The notes: generated by a model not told the origin, from the sequence alone. A stretch of 40,000 nucleotides of DNA from an uncultured Gilvimarinus sp. (GCF_963975215.1 NZ_CAXBFW010000017.1:21777-61776), one strand, 5' to 3'. Positions 10,672 through 18,326 are shown, counted from the first letter of the stretch. Numbers and translations: made by a program.

Positions 10672-11079
10672 ATGAGAAAGAAGCATTTATTACTCAGCAT
10701 CCTACCTTTAGTTGTCATTGCCGGCTGCGCCTCTACACCAACCCCACCGATCCAGGCCCAAAGTAAAACCGTCTCGCACGAAGGTAAAGACTACGTGCTA
10801 GGCGGCCAATACGATACCGATCGCAATGAGCTTCAGCTTACCGTAAATGGCGACCCGATCATGAAGGGCAGATTCCCGCCCTACACGCCCACCCTTAACC
10901 TAGCCAGTGAATATCAAAACCTGGATGTTTCCAGTTATTGCTACTTCGGCTCTGTGCTAAACAATCAAGGCGGTGTTTTTGGTGTGGTGGCTGGTGCCAT
11001 TCAATCCTCTAACGCTAAATCTGGCGACAAATGTGACATTAAATTCGCTGGCGAAAAAGTCGAAAGCTTATTCTTCTAA
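10672..11079 (+). CDS. Hypothetical lipoprotein
   Basis: Signal peptide with lipobox VVIAGCAS; 135 aa. Confidence 0.6.
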   Translation: MRKKHLLLSILPLVVIAGCASTPTPPIQAQSKTVSHEGKDYVLGGQYDTDRNELQLTVNGDPIMKGRFPPYTPTLNLASEYQNLDVSSYCYFGSVLNNQGGVFGVVAGAIQSSNAKSGDKCDIKFAGEKVESLFF

Positions 11080-11241
11080 AGGAATATAGCCGATTAAATA
11101 CTCTAAGAAATAGCTACCCCAACTCGGGAACAACTTATGCTTAGAGTAGAGCAACTAAAAAGCCGGTGTGAGTTATTCACCCCGGCTACCCCACCCAAAA
11201 CCCCACCAGTTTTCAAACTTAACCCATAAAGGTCACAACAA

Positions 11242-11772
11242 CTATTTCGAACGGCCCGCAAACACTATCCCGGCAAACATCCACTCTGCCAATCCACCGG
11301 CCAGGCCAGATACAAACGCAGGCGGCTGCAATACCGCTAAGGTAAGCGCTAAAACACCTACGCCACCACCAAATAACCAATACACACGTAGCCCATAGAG
11401 TGTTGTAAACGTTAAATAGCGCCCACCTATTACCAACAGCATCGCCGGAAAAAACCATTCAATATGGTACAACGCCACAGCCGCTGCCACCGGCATACAC
11501 ATCAGCATCCATACTGTTCCCTCCATTGCTAACGGCGCTAGCGGATTACCGCTGGCATGCTTGCCACTTCGCCCTAAACATTTACACAAGACTACCGATG
11601 CAGGAAATATTAATGTGCCCGCAACAAGCAAAGTAATCACACCTTTAATAGGCCCAAACCAAAGCGCCACCAAACCCGCCGCCAGCCAAACAGTGCCCGA
11701 CGAGACTATCCCTGGCACTCCGTTAAAGTATGCCGCTCTCATATCCTGTTGTGCCGCCTGAATAGAATCCAT
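11242..11772 (-). CDS. Hypothetical multi-pass membrane protein
   Basis: 176-aa hydrophobic ORF with AGGAGG upstream of the ATG at 11772. Confidence 0.6.
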   Translation of the reverse strand: MDSIQAAQQDMRAAYFNGVPGIVSSGTVWLAAGLVALWFGPIKGVITLLVAGTLIFPASVVLCKCLGRSGKHASGNPLAPLAMEGTVWMLMCMPVAAAVALYHIEWFFPAMLLVIGGRYLTFTTLYGLRVYWLFGGGVGVLALTLAVLQPPAFVSGLAGGLAEWMFAGIVFAGRSK

Positions 11773-11952
11773 GGCCCGCCTCCTGCCCCAACGAATAGTT
11801 AGTTATATGAAATTATTAAGTTTTAAAATTACGTAGCAAGCCGCACGTTTACTCGGGTTCATTAATAACTCGGTTATGTTTATGGCATAAGCTCTGTCCC
11901 ATTCAAGTAAACCAACGCCATAATCCATGACAAAAAAACCGCAAAATCGTAA

Positions 11953-12285
11953 CTATACCCAGGATAACAGTAAAACACCTACTATGATCAACTGGCATAC
12001 TACTGCCACGATAGCCCCCCACCGTAACCTATCGGCGTAAACTCGGGTAGAATCTTTTATACTCCAAAACTCATACCGTTTTGGCACAATCTGATCTAGC
12101 AGAAACGCCAAAGGCCCCAAAAAATAAAAACCTGAAAAACCAAAATGAATTTTCTCAGGCGTAGCAACCACAGAATAGGTTTTAGGGTCATCTTGTTCTA
12201 ATCGGGTAAGAAAACAACCAAGCGCGGCAACCAATGCAAGGTGTATAACAATAAGCAGCAACACAGAAACACCAGATGAAATCAT
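11953..12285 (-). CDS. Cassette ORF: hypothetical membrane protein (110 aa)
   Basis: ORF with hydrophobic N- and C-terminal helices, downstream of the degenerate attC at 12307-12400. Confidence 0.5.
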   Translation of the reverse strand: MISSGVSVLLLIVIHLALVAALGCFLTRLEQDDPKTYSVVATPEKIHFGFSGFYFLGPLAFLLDQIVPKRYEFWSIKDSTRVYADRLRWGAIVAVVCQLIIVGVLLLSWV

Positions 12286-12306
12286 AGAAAATCCCTTTCT
12301 TCTAAA

Positions 12307-12400
12307 AATACTAGCGGCTACCGAATCGGACGAGCTTTACCACCACACTATAAGTAGACACAAATTATCTTTTGTACTGGGCGTTGCCTGCGAGTTATTC
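12307..12400 (-). repeat. attC site (degenerate)
   Basis: The + strand reads AATACTAGCGGCTACCG ... GGCGTTGCCTGCGAGTTATTC. The arms are roughly complementary, and the left box is AATAC rather than ATAAC. Confidence 0.45.
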
Positions 12401-12411
12401 TCCGGCGGTGC

Positions 12412-12798
12412 TCAGGGGAACCACTCGGTATGCTGGTCTCCCTGCCGCCCAAAGTAAACAACGCGCTGACCGCGAAGAAACGCAAAATAACCACCAACTC
12501 CTGCGTGCATGGCCCGCTCGCAAAAAATACGAAATTTTTGGTCATGTTGCTGGCTATCAAAAATGGCCGATTTTAAAGCCGCCACATCAAAGTTCTGCGA
12601 AACAGATGGCAAGCCTTCAAATAACAGCGGAACGGTTACCGTTGAGTGATCGTCACTGTAAAAAGTAAATGTACAAGCAGCGTAGTCAACGTAATAGTAC
12701 TCAACACCTTCGGCAATGAGTTCTCTGATGATGACAGGAAAAGGCATCGAGCCATCGAGCGTGGCCCTCGCCAATAAATTTATTGTATCGGCATTCAT
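12412..12798 (-). CDS. Cassette ORF: DUF1398 family protein
   Basis: 128 aa with ...IFDSQQHDQKFRIFCERAMHAGVGGYFAFLRGQRVVYFGRQGDQHTEWFP, which resembles DUF1398. Confidence 0.6.
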   Translation of the reverse strand: MNADTINLLARATLDGSMPFPVIIRELIAEGVEYYYVDYAACTFTFYSDDHSTVTVPLLFEGLPSVSQNFDVAALKSAIFDSQQHDQKFRIFCERAMHAGVGGYFAFLRGQRVVYFGRQGDQHTEWFP

Positions 12799-12869
12799 AA
12801 GATGCTCCGACGTACTGGGTTGCCTAAAAACCAGTGATAGTTTTGGCCGACGGATGCAAAGCTTGTCAG
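12797..12869 (-). repeat. attC site (degenerate boxes)
   Basis: The + strand reads ATAAGATGCTCCGACG ... CCGACGGATGCAAAGCTTGTCAG. The arms pair partially. Both core boxes carry substitutions (ATAAG for ATAAC, GTCAG for GTTAG). Confidence 0.4.
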
Positions 12870-12881
12870 TTGCTGTGCATC

Positions 12882-13250
12882 CTATAACTTGCTGTAGCTT
12901 AATAGCCTGCTAATTTTGGTAAATTTTACGCTAGAAAACTCTATGACGTGACAAAAATCGACCTTCTTTCCCTTGTTATTTTGGCTAAAGCCATTTACGG
13001 CGCCAACTTTTCCATGCGACATTACGTGATCAATACTTACGAAAACAGTTTCAGCATCGCTTTCATTGAAGACACGCCCGATATCTTTCCCTGCTGCGAC
13101 TCTTTTATCAGAAAGCTCCCAAATAGCGCCATCAGCCAGATATTCACTCAAAAATTCAGTATCACCAGCCTCTAATGCAACGGCCACTTTCTCCACCAGT
13201 GTGTTTTTTGGCGAGTTACCACAATCCTTACTTCCGTTAATATCCACCAT
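12882..13250 (-). CDS. Cassette ORF: hypothetical protein, possibly NTF2/SnoaL-like fold
   Basis: ORF trimmed to MVDINGSK (ATG at 13250, GGAG 8 nt upstream) because the longer version runs into the attC. The NTF2-like call is a weak pattern impression. Confidence 0.5.
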   Translation of the reverse strand: MVDINGSKDCGNSPKNTLVEKVAVALEAGDTEFLSEYLADGAIWELSDKRVAAGKDIGRVFNESDAETVFVSIDHVMSHGKVGAVNGFSQNNKGKKVDFCHVIEFSSVKFTKISRLLSYSKL

Positions 13251-13266
13251 AGTTGGGGCTCCGTGC

Positions 13267-13365
13267 TTAACGCCCAGCGCAGACAATGCCAATGCGGAGC
13301 GATTTATGGGTCAATAGTTTGACCGCAGAAAGTAACACAAAGGTGCGAAGTGTTAGGTGTTATTC
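13267..13365 (-). repeat. attC site
   Basis: The + strand reads TTAACGCCCAGCGCAG ... GTGTTAGGTGTTATTC. The right box overlaps the stop codon of the ORF at 13360. Confidence 0.6.
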
Positions 13366-13755
13366 TGCCGCGGCTTTTGATGTACTGTTCTGTCTGACGG
13401 CTAGATAGGCGCCCAGAACCGCACAGCCAATAACAATTAAAAAATGCGGAATATAAATAGTGTAAGAACTAGAGTATGCGATAAACAAAACAGCTTCACA
13501 TGCGATCAGTGCGGACAAAACAATCAGCCACGGATTTGGCTTAAAAAACTTTACCGCAAAGAATAAAAGTAAAAATGTAACCACCCCATAACCCAGAAAC
13601 TGAGTTACAGCAACTTCCCAGATTATAAAGCTTGAACCAGATAGTATTTTGCCGATCTGTTCGGGAACAGCTATTGCGGCGGAAAATCCGGTAAGGTAGA
13701 CGCCAAGAAATGCTATTGCGATCCCTATAAATAAGCCAATTATTGTATCTTTCAT
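13360..13755 (-). CDS. Cassette ORF: hypothetical 4-TM membrane protein (131 aa)
   Basis: Strong RBS AAGGAGG upstream of the ATG at 13755. The sequence is very hydrophobic. Confidence 0.65.
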   Translation of the reverse strand: MKDTIIGLFIGIAIAFLGVYLTGFSAAIAVPEQIGKILSGSSFIIWEVAVTQFLGYGVVTFLLLFFAVKFFKPNPWLIVLSALIACEAVLFIAYSSSYTIYIPHFLIVIGCAVLGAYLAVRQNSTSKAAAE

Positions 13756-13773
13756 TTGATCCTCCTTGTTTGC

Positions 13774-13845
13774 ATAAGGCCCAGCTAAACGACGCGAGCT
13801 ACGAGCGCCCAGAACCGAAGGTTGTGTAGTACTTAGGCGTTCTTG
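13774..13845 (-). repeat. attC site (degenerate R')
   Basis: The centre CGCGAGCTACGAGCGCCCAGAACCGAAG is homologous to the attC at 23767-23842. The boxes are ATAAGGCC and GGCGTTCTTG, so the top-strand R' would read CTTATGC. Confidence 0.5.
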
Positions 13846-13866
13846 GCTGCGTGTATTGGCTGTACT

Positions 13867-14592
13867 TCACAGCTGTTGTCGAAGGGCTTTTTGAGTTAAC
13901 TCGCTCAGTCGGGCTCGCTGCTTGCCGAGCTCGTCAAAGTTATCTGGCGCTAGCCATTGTGAAAACGCCCGATACAAAGCCGGCCATTCGGTATCGATAA
14001 CCGAGAACCACGCGGTATCCCGGCTTCGCCCTTTGTACACTGTGGCTTGACGAAAAGTGCCTTCATACGTAAACCCAAGGCGTTTAGCGGCAGCACACGA
14101 AGGTGCATTCAAAGCATCGCATTTCCACTCATAGCGCCGATAGCCCAGATCGAAAGCTCTTTTCATCATCAAGAACATGGCCTCCGTAGCAACAGGAGTT
14201 CGCTTAAGCTGCTCGGAAAAACGAAGGTGACCAACCTCGATCGAGCCACTCGCGGGCATGATTCTCAGATAGCTCGCAACACCCACGGCTCGCCCATCCG
14301 ACTTCTGGATGATCGTGAAAAACAATGGATCATCGCCCTGACTCATTGTATCAAGCCACTCATGGTAGCGCTCAAAGGAACCAAAGGGGCCATAGGGAAG
14401 ATAGGTCCAACTTCCCCCATCGTGATCCTGCGCGTTCGCAGCATAGAGTTCTTCGGCATGGAGCTCCGGAGCAAGCGGCTCCAGGCGACAAAAGCGGCCT
14501 TCCATCGACTCCCGCGAAGGGCGCGCGGGCTCTACCCAGTCCGCAAGCGACTCTCCGACACGCTGACCGAAATCATTTATAAATTGAGTCAT
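13867..14592 (-). CDS. Cassette ORF: GNAT N-acetyltransferase (RimJ/RimL-like, Acetyltransf_3 type)
   Basis: 241 aa containing ...GSIEVGHLRFSEQLKRTPVATEAMFLMMKRAFDLGYRRYEWKCDALNAPSCAAAKRLGFTYEGTFRQ... Confidence 0.85.
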   Translation of the reverse strand: MTQFINDFGQRVGESLADWVEPARPSRESMEGRFCRLEPLAPELHAEELYAANAQDHDGGSWTYLPYGPFGSFERYHEWLDTMSQGDDPLFFTIIQKSDGRAVGVASYLRIMPASGSIEVGHLRFSEQLKRTPVATEAMFLMMKRAFDLGYRRYEWKCDALNAPSCAAAKRLGFTYEGTFRQATVYKGRSRDTAWFSVIDTEWPALYRAFSQWLAPDNFDELGKQRARLSELTQKALRQQL

Positions 14593-14600
14593 GTTTTTGC

Positions 14601-14713
14601 CTTACCGCCGAAGTAACCTGCGCTGCATGCGCAGTGAAGCTTTGGGGTAAGGTGGCAGGGCCACCCCAAAGCGGAACGTAGTATGCGGCGTCGGGTTGAC
14701 TGCCATGTTATGG
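14601..14713 (-). repeat. attC site of the parDE cassette
   Basis: The + strand reads CTTACCGCCGAAGTAACCTGCGCTGCATGCG ... GTATGCGGCGTCGGGTTGACTGCCATGTTATGG. The arms pair, and the central hairpin is CTTTGGGGT...ACCCCAAAG. Confidence 0.6.
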
Positions 14714-14757
14714 CCATATACCATTATATACCTATATTTGGTATTTGAGGTGCCGTT
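14714..14757 (+). promoter_or_regulatory. Probable parDE promoter/operator region
   Basis: AT-rich stretch with the inverted repeat ATACCA(14718-14723)...TGGTAT(14739-14744) immediately upstream of parD. I could not assign -35/-10 hexamers cleanly. Confidence 0.4.
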
Positions 14758-14997
14758 ATGTCTAAAAACACGAGTATGACCCTTGGTAACCACTTTGATG
14801 GTTTTATAGCGCAGCAAATTGCAGATGGTCGTTATGCCTCTGCGAGCGAGGTTATACGCGCAGGCCTTAGAATGCTCGAAGTAAATGAGCAAAAGCTTAT
14901 GACGCTGCGTCGAATGCTTGAAGATGGTGAGAATAGCGGTGTTGCTCAATACAGCTACGATAGCTTTATGCAAGAGCTTGATGATGAGCTTGGCTAA
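14758..14997 (+). CDS. parD: Type II antitoxin ParD (RHH)
   Basis: MSKNTSMTLGNHFDGFIAQQIADGRYASASEVIRAGLRMLE closely resembles Vibrio superintegron ParD. Its stop overlaps the parE start (TAATG). Confidence 0.9.
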   Translation: MSKNTSMTLGNHFDGFIAQQIADGRYASASEVIRAGLRMLEVNEQKLMTLRRMLEDGENSGVAQYSYDSFMQELDDELG

Positions 14998-15299
14998 TGG
15001 GAACATTCCAGCTCTCGATCCAAGCCAAAAATGACCTAAAGACCATTGCCGTCTATACCCAACATAAATGGGGGAAAGCTCAAAGACGAATTTATCTTCG
15101 GCAATTTGATGACGCTTTCCATTCAATTGCTGAAACTCCGGCCATAGGCATAACCTGTGACTTTGTAAGGCCTGGGTACAGGAAGTTTCCTGTTACGAGC
15201 CATATAGTATTTTATCGGAAAGTTTCAGACACCCATATAGAAATAGTCCGAATACTTCACAAAAGAATGGATGCTAAGCCGAGTCTTCTAAAGCCATAA
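14997..15299 (+). CDS. parE: Type II toxin ParE (RelE/ParE superfamily)
   Basis: ...IAVYTQHKWGKAQRRIYLRQFDDAF...GYRKFPVTSHIVFYRK...IEIVRILHKRMD is a typical ParE. Its TAA stop lies within the CCATAAC box of the next attC. Confidence 0.9.
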   Translation: MGTFQLSIQAKNDLKTIAVYTQHKWGKAQRRIYLRQFDDAFHSIAETPAIGITCDFVRPGYRKFPVTSHIVFYRKVSDTHIEIVRILHKRMDAKPSLLKP

Positions 15300-15329
15300 C
15301 GCTGCCAACACGCGCAGCTTTGTAGTGAA
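15296..15329 (-). repeat. attC half-site (R' arm only)
   Basis: ATAACGCTGCCAACACGCGCAGCTTTGTAGTGA is homologous to the left arm of the IS-disrupted attC (19369-19401). No matching right arm follows. Confidence 0.6.
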
Positions 15330-15344
15330 AATAGCAATATAATA

Positions 15345-15444
15345 TTGGGGACACCCACAAACTTGACAATGCCACACCTCTAAACCAATGACAATATTGG
15401 GGACACCCACAAACTTGACATTGGGGACACCCACAAACTTGACA
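15345..15444 (+). repeat. Three direct copies of the 24-nt motif TTGGGGACACCCACAAACTTGACA
   Basis: Copies lie at 15345-15368, 15397-15420 and 15421-15444. A second 20-nt motif, ATGCCACACCTCTAAACCAA, follows copies 1 and 3 (15369-15388, 15445-15464). Confidence 0.9.
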
Positions 15445-15509
15445 ATGCCACACCTCTAAACCAAAGTAAATTCAAGGAGCTCACTGCACCGCACGTTCAA
15501 GGAGGAACC

Positions 15510-16529
15510 ATGACTCAACCCCGTAAGCGCCTTATCTCTCTTGACGACACCCCTTTTTATCACTGCGTTGCCCGCTGTGTTCGACGCGCATTTTTATGTG
15601 GCTCTGGCAAGGACTATGACTTCGAGCATCGCCGGGGCTGGATCGTCCGTCGACTTAAACAACTGGCGGCGGTCTTTACCATCGACGTGGCCGCCTATGC
15701 GGTCATGTCCAATCACTATCATTTGGTCTTGCGTGTTCACCGGGAGCAGGCCGAAGCCTTAACTCGGGATGAAGTGATTGAACGCTGGTGCCAACTCTTT
15801 AAAGGGCCTCCATTGGTGCAGCGGTTCCGAGCGGGCGAGACGTTATCGCCGCCGGAACTGGAAGTCATAGATGGCATTGTCGATGATTGGCGCCAGCGCC
15901 TAGCGGATATCAGTTGGTTCATGAGGTGCCTCAATGAACCCATTGCCCGCTGGGCCAACCGTGAGGACAACTGCACCGGGCGATTCTTTGAAGGACGCTT
16001 TAAAAGCCAGGCGTTGTTGGATGAGCGAGCCGTATTAAGCTGTATGGCCTATGTGGACTTAAACCCCATCCGGGCCAGTATGGCCGATACCCCCGAGAAC
16101 TCGGACTTTACCAGCATTCAGGAGCGTCTGGGTATCGAGCCCACCACCCTCGTCGAATCACCTGCCGAAACGGATCGAGAAAAACCCTTGGCTCTGGCCG
16201 AGCTGATGCCATTTGCTGGCCGTGAGCATCAAGACCGCCAACCCAACCACCTGCCCTTTGATCTAAGCGACTACCTGGAGCTGGTAGACTGGACGGGACG
16301 CGCCATTCGCAACGACAAGCGCGGGGCCATAAACGAAAACCTGCCGAAAATTCTGGATCGGCTTGGCCTTCCTACAAAAGACTGGCTGGACACATGCTGC
16401 CATATCGAGCAGCGTTTTGGCCGAGCCATCGGCCCGGTCGCTAAAGTCAGTGAATTGTGCGAAGCACTGAATCTACACTGGATACACGGCATCAGACACT
16501 GCCGAAGCTTCTACTCGCAAACCGGCTGA
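15510..16529 (+). CDS. HUH-type Y1 transposase (Y1_Tnp/RAYT-like, 339 aa)
   Basis: HUH motif in SNHYHLVLRV and a tyrosine motif in MAYVDLNPIRASMA. AGGAGG lies upstream of the ATG. Confidence 0.75.
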   Translation: MTQPRKRLISLDDTPFYHCVARCVRRAFLCGSGKDYDFEHRRGWIVRRLKQLAAVFTIDVAAYAVMSNHYHLVLRVHREQAEALTRDEVIERWCQLFKGPPLVQRFRAGETLSPPELEVIDGIVDDWRQRLADISWFMRCLNEPIARWANREDNCTGRFFEGRFKSQALLDERAVLSCMAYVDLNPIRASMADTPENSDFTSIQERLGIEPTTLVESPAETDREKPLALAELMPFAGREHQDRQPNHLPFDLSDYLELVDWTGRAIRNDKRGAINENLPKILDRLGLPTKDWLDTCCHIEQRFGRAIGPVAKVSELCEALNLHWIHGIRHCRSFYSQTG

Positions 16530-16622
16530 CGCCAATCCTATCAAAAGCCCCTTTGTGCTCCTGCGGGCAGGAACGCCTGTGTCCGAAATACGCCCTATGC
16601 GAGAAAAACTCGCCACTCGCCA

Positions 16623-17912
16623 TCATCGAATCGATATAGCCAAAAACCGTTGACGACTGGGATGAATAGAGAGGGGGATTTTTAAACTGTGGGTGTCTTT
16701 GTTTTTTTGATCTACTCCAAGTCGACGTAGTCTACGGTATCCGCTACGGCCCCATTGTTTCCAGATATAACAACGTAATTTCCGTCTGATCCATTTGTCG
16801 ATGTCCCGCAGCGGGCTCAGTACTTCAGCCACGCCGAAGTACGCTTTCCAACCAAGCAGGTATTTCTTTAAATCTGCGATGACACTCAACAACTGATGGC
16901 CTCTCGTTCGACGGCTCAACTCCCGGATTCGGCCCTTCAGCTTGATGAGCGCTTTATCACTCACCTTGATGCGGTTTCCTCGCCGGGGGCTGAAAGTAAA
17001 ACCCAGTAAGCTCCGTTTCCATGGGCGGTCTACAGCGCTCTTCTCGTCGTTCACCTTGAGCCGAAGACGGTATTCGATAAAACGTTGTACACTGCGTTTA
17101 ATACGCTCCGCCGCTCGCTCACTGCCCGCAAATATCTGACAGTCATCCGCGTACCGACTGAAGCGATGACCTCGTCTTTCCAGCTCCCAATCCAGCTCAT
17201 CCAGAACAATATTGGCCAGCACCGGTGACAGCGGCCCTCCTTGCGGAACGCCCTCTCTGCTCTTGGTGACTTGTTGACCGTTTTGTACCGGACTCTTCAG
17301 ATAACGCCTGACCAGCTTCAGAATATCCGGATCTTGTATGCGCTGTCCGAGTCGATGCATCAACCGGTCGTGGTTAACGGTGTCGAAGAACGCCTGAAGA
17401 TCCAGATCCACGACCCAGCGCTTACCCTGCACGATGGTGCTCTGTGCGTGCCGAACGGCTTGGTGGGCGCTTCGGTGCGGTCTGAAGCCGTAACTGTTGG
17501 GGTGGAAGGTCGGCTCCCAGAGTCGACTGACGACTTGCGCAATTGCTTGTTGGATAAAACGATCAACGACCGTTGGAATGCCCAGCTTGCGCAATTTCCC
17601 GTCTGCCTTGGGAATTTCGACACGCCTGACCGCATTAGGCTGGTAACGGCCTTCGACCAGGCTTTCCTTGAGTTGTGGCCAGTGAACGTGAAGGTATCTC
17701 GACAACTGCTCTGTTGTCATACCATCTACACCCGCTGCGCCTTTATTACGTCTGACTTGTTTCAGAGCTCGTGCCAGATTATTCCTGTCGAGCACTTGCT
17801 CCATCAACGATGTTTCGATAATTGGTAATTGGATGGGATTTTCAATAACACAGGCTTCACCCACCGCCGATAGCGGTGCCCCTTGTCGAGGTTGGTCAGG
17901 TGCTATGTCCAT
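16623..17912 (-). CDS. Group II intron reverse transcriptase/maturase, C-terminally truncated (last ~30 codons read into foreign DNA)
   Basis: RT blocks include NKGAAGVDG, PQGGPLSPVLANI and RYADDCQIF (YADD). The maturase X region has LLGWKAYFG. Homology stops after ...RRLRRLGVD. No endonuclease domain is present. The true start may be MEQVLDRNNL at 17804. Confidence 0.85.
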   Translation of the reverse strand: MDIAPDQPRQGAPLSAVGEACVIENPIQLPIIETSLMEQVLDRNNLARALKQVRRNKGAAGVDGMTTEQLSRYLHVHWPQLKESLVEGRYQPNAVRRVEIPKADGKLRKLGIPTVVDRFIQQAIAQVVSRLWEPTFHPNSYGFRPHRSAHQAVRHAQSTIVQGKRWVVDLDLQAFFDTVNHDRLMHRLGQRIQDPDILKLVRRYLKSPVQNGQQVTKSREGVPQGGPLSPVLANIVLDELDWELERRGHRFSRYADDCQIFAGSERAAERIKRSVQRFIEYRLRLKVNDEKSAVDRPWKRSLLGFTFSPRRGNRIKVSDKALIKLKGRIRELSRRTRGHQLLSVIADLKKYLLGWKAYFGVAEVLSPLRDIDKWIRRKLRCYIWKQWGRSGYRRLRRLGVDQKNKDTHSLKIPLSIHPSRQRFLAISIR

Positions 17913-18326
17913 GTTCTTACAATCTATACATACCAGAAATGTTCAGGCCTTCAGTGCCGAGAAATACACCTACTATGCCCTCTGCTGACTTCTGCATCGC
18001 GATCACAGAGAATTGCTTTCCTGTCAGTTGTTCCTTCAACACAATGCAGACCTCCCAGGGTAAGACACTTAACTTTCCTCGCGTAGACGCCGGATTTATA
18101 AAACATAAGCCAGTTGCAGATGGAGGGCTTAGCAGTCACGTGCCCGCTGGCCCCACCTATGTCACACCTCATATCCGATTCTTGTTCATCGCCCCGCGAT
18201 TTCGCCTTGGGCTTCCTCCAGCCAGCTCATCACGAAACTAACCTTGCCCTTTGGCTAACCTTCGGCTCTGCGAATACCTGGTACGAGGACTTTCACCTCG
18301 CGAGTTAAGTGCCATGCCTGGCACAC
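16710..18326 (-). mobile_element. Group II intron (compact, class C-like), 3'-truncated
   Basis: The minus strand starts GTGTGCCAGG... directly after attC sequence ...GCGGCGT. About 410 nt of structured 5' RNA precedes an RT/maturase ORF. I found no domain V/VI-like sequence downstream. Confidence 0.8.

Larger units (their letters stand above)
15330..16709 (+). mobile_element. HUH/Y1-transposase element (IS200/IS605-superfamily or RAYT-like); boundaries approximate
   Basis: A Y1 transposase gene is flanked by three TTGGGGACACCCACAAACTTGACA copies on the left and an inverted GACACCCACA core (16688-16697) on the right. Small hairpins lie at 16601-16615 and about 16560-16580. The right edge coincides with the point where the group II RT loses homology. 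Confidence 0.55.

Noticed and set aside
11860-11955. Possible terminal attC (ATAACTCGGTTATG ... GTAACTA) marking the distal end of the array
   Set aside because: The arms show only partial complementarity and neither box is canonical. I could not place the array boundary confidently.
13867-14592. GNAT cassette considered as a TacT/AtaT-type GNAT toxin next to parDE
   Set aside because: At 241 aa it is a RimJ/RimL-like protein, not the ~170-aa toxin type. No DUF1778/RHH antitoxin gene is paired with it, and an attC separates it from parDE.
14047-15126. ORFs 14047-14616 (+), 14325-14582 (+) and 14602-15126 (-)
   Set aside because: They are antisense to, or overlap, the strongly supported GNAT and parDE genes and run across an attC site. 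They show no RBS or family resemblance.
15345-15464. Repeat cluster considered as a mini-CRISPR array
   Set aside because: Copies 2 and 3 are directly adjacent with no spacer. The sequence between copies 1 and 2 begins with a 20-nt motif that is itself repeated after copy 3. No cas genes are present. The repeats fit transposon-end or REP-like repeats better.
17241-17828. 195-aa ORF antisense to the group II intron RT
   Set aside because: Shadow ORF inside a recognisable RT gene.
16623-17912. RT considered as a retron, DRT or other defence-type reverse transcriptase
   Set aside because: The GUGUG 5' end at an attC junction, the ~410-nt structured leader, the maturase X-domain motif (LLGWKAYFG) and the YADD block all point to a group II intron IEP. 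No msr/msd-like repeats or effector gene are present.
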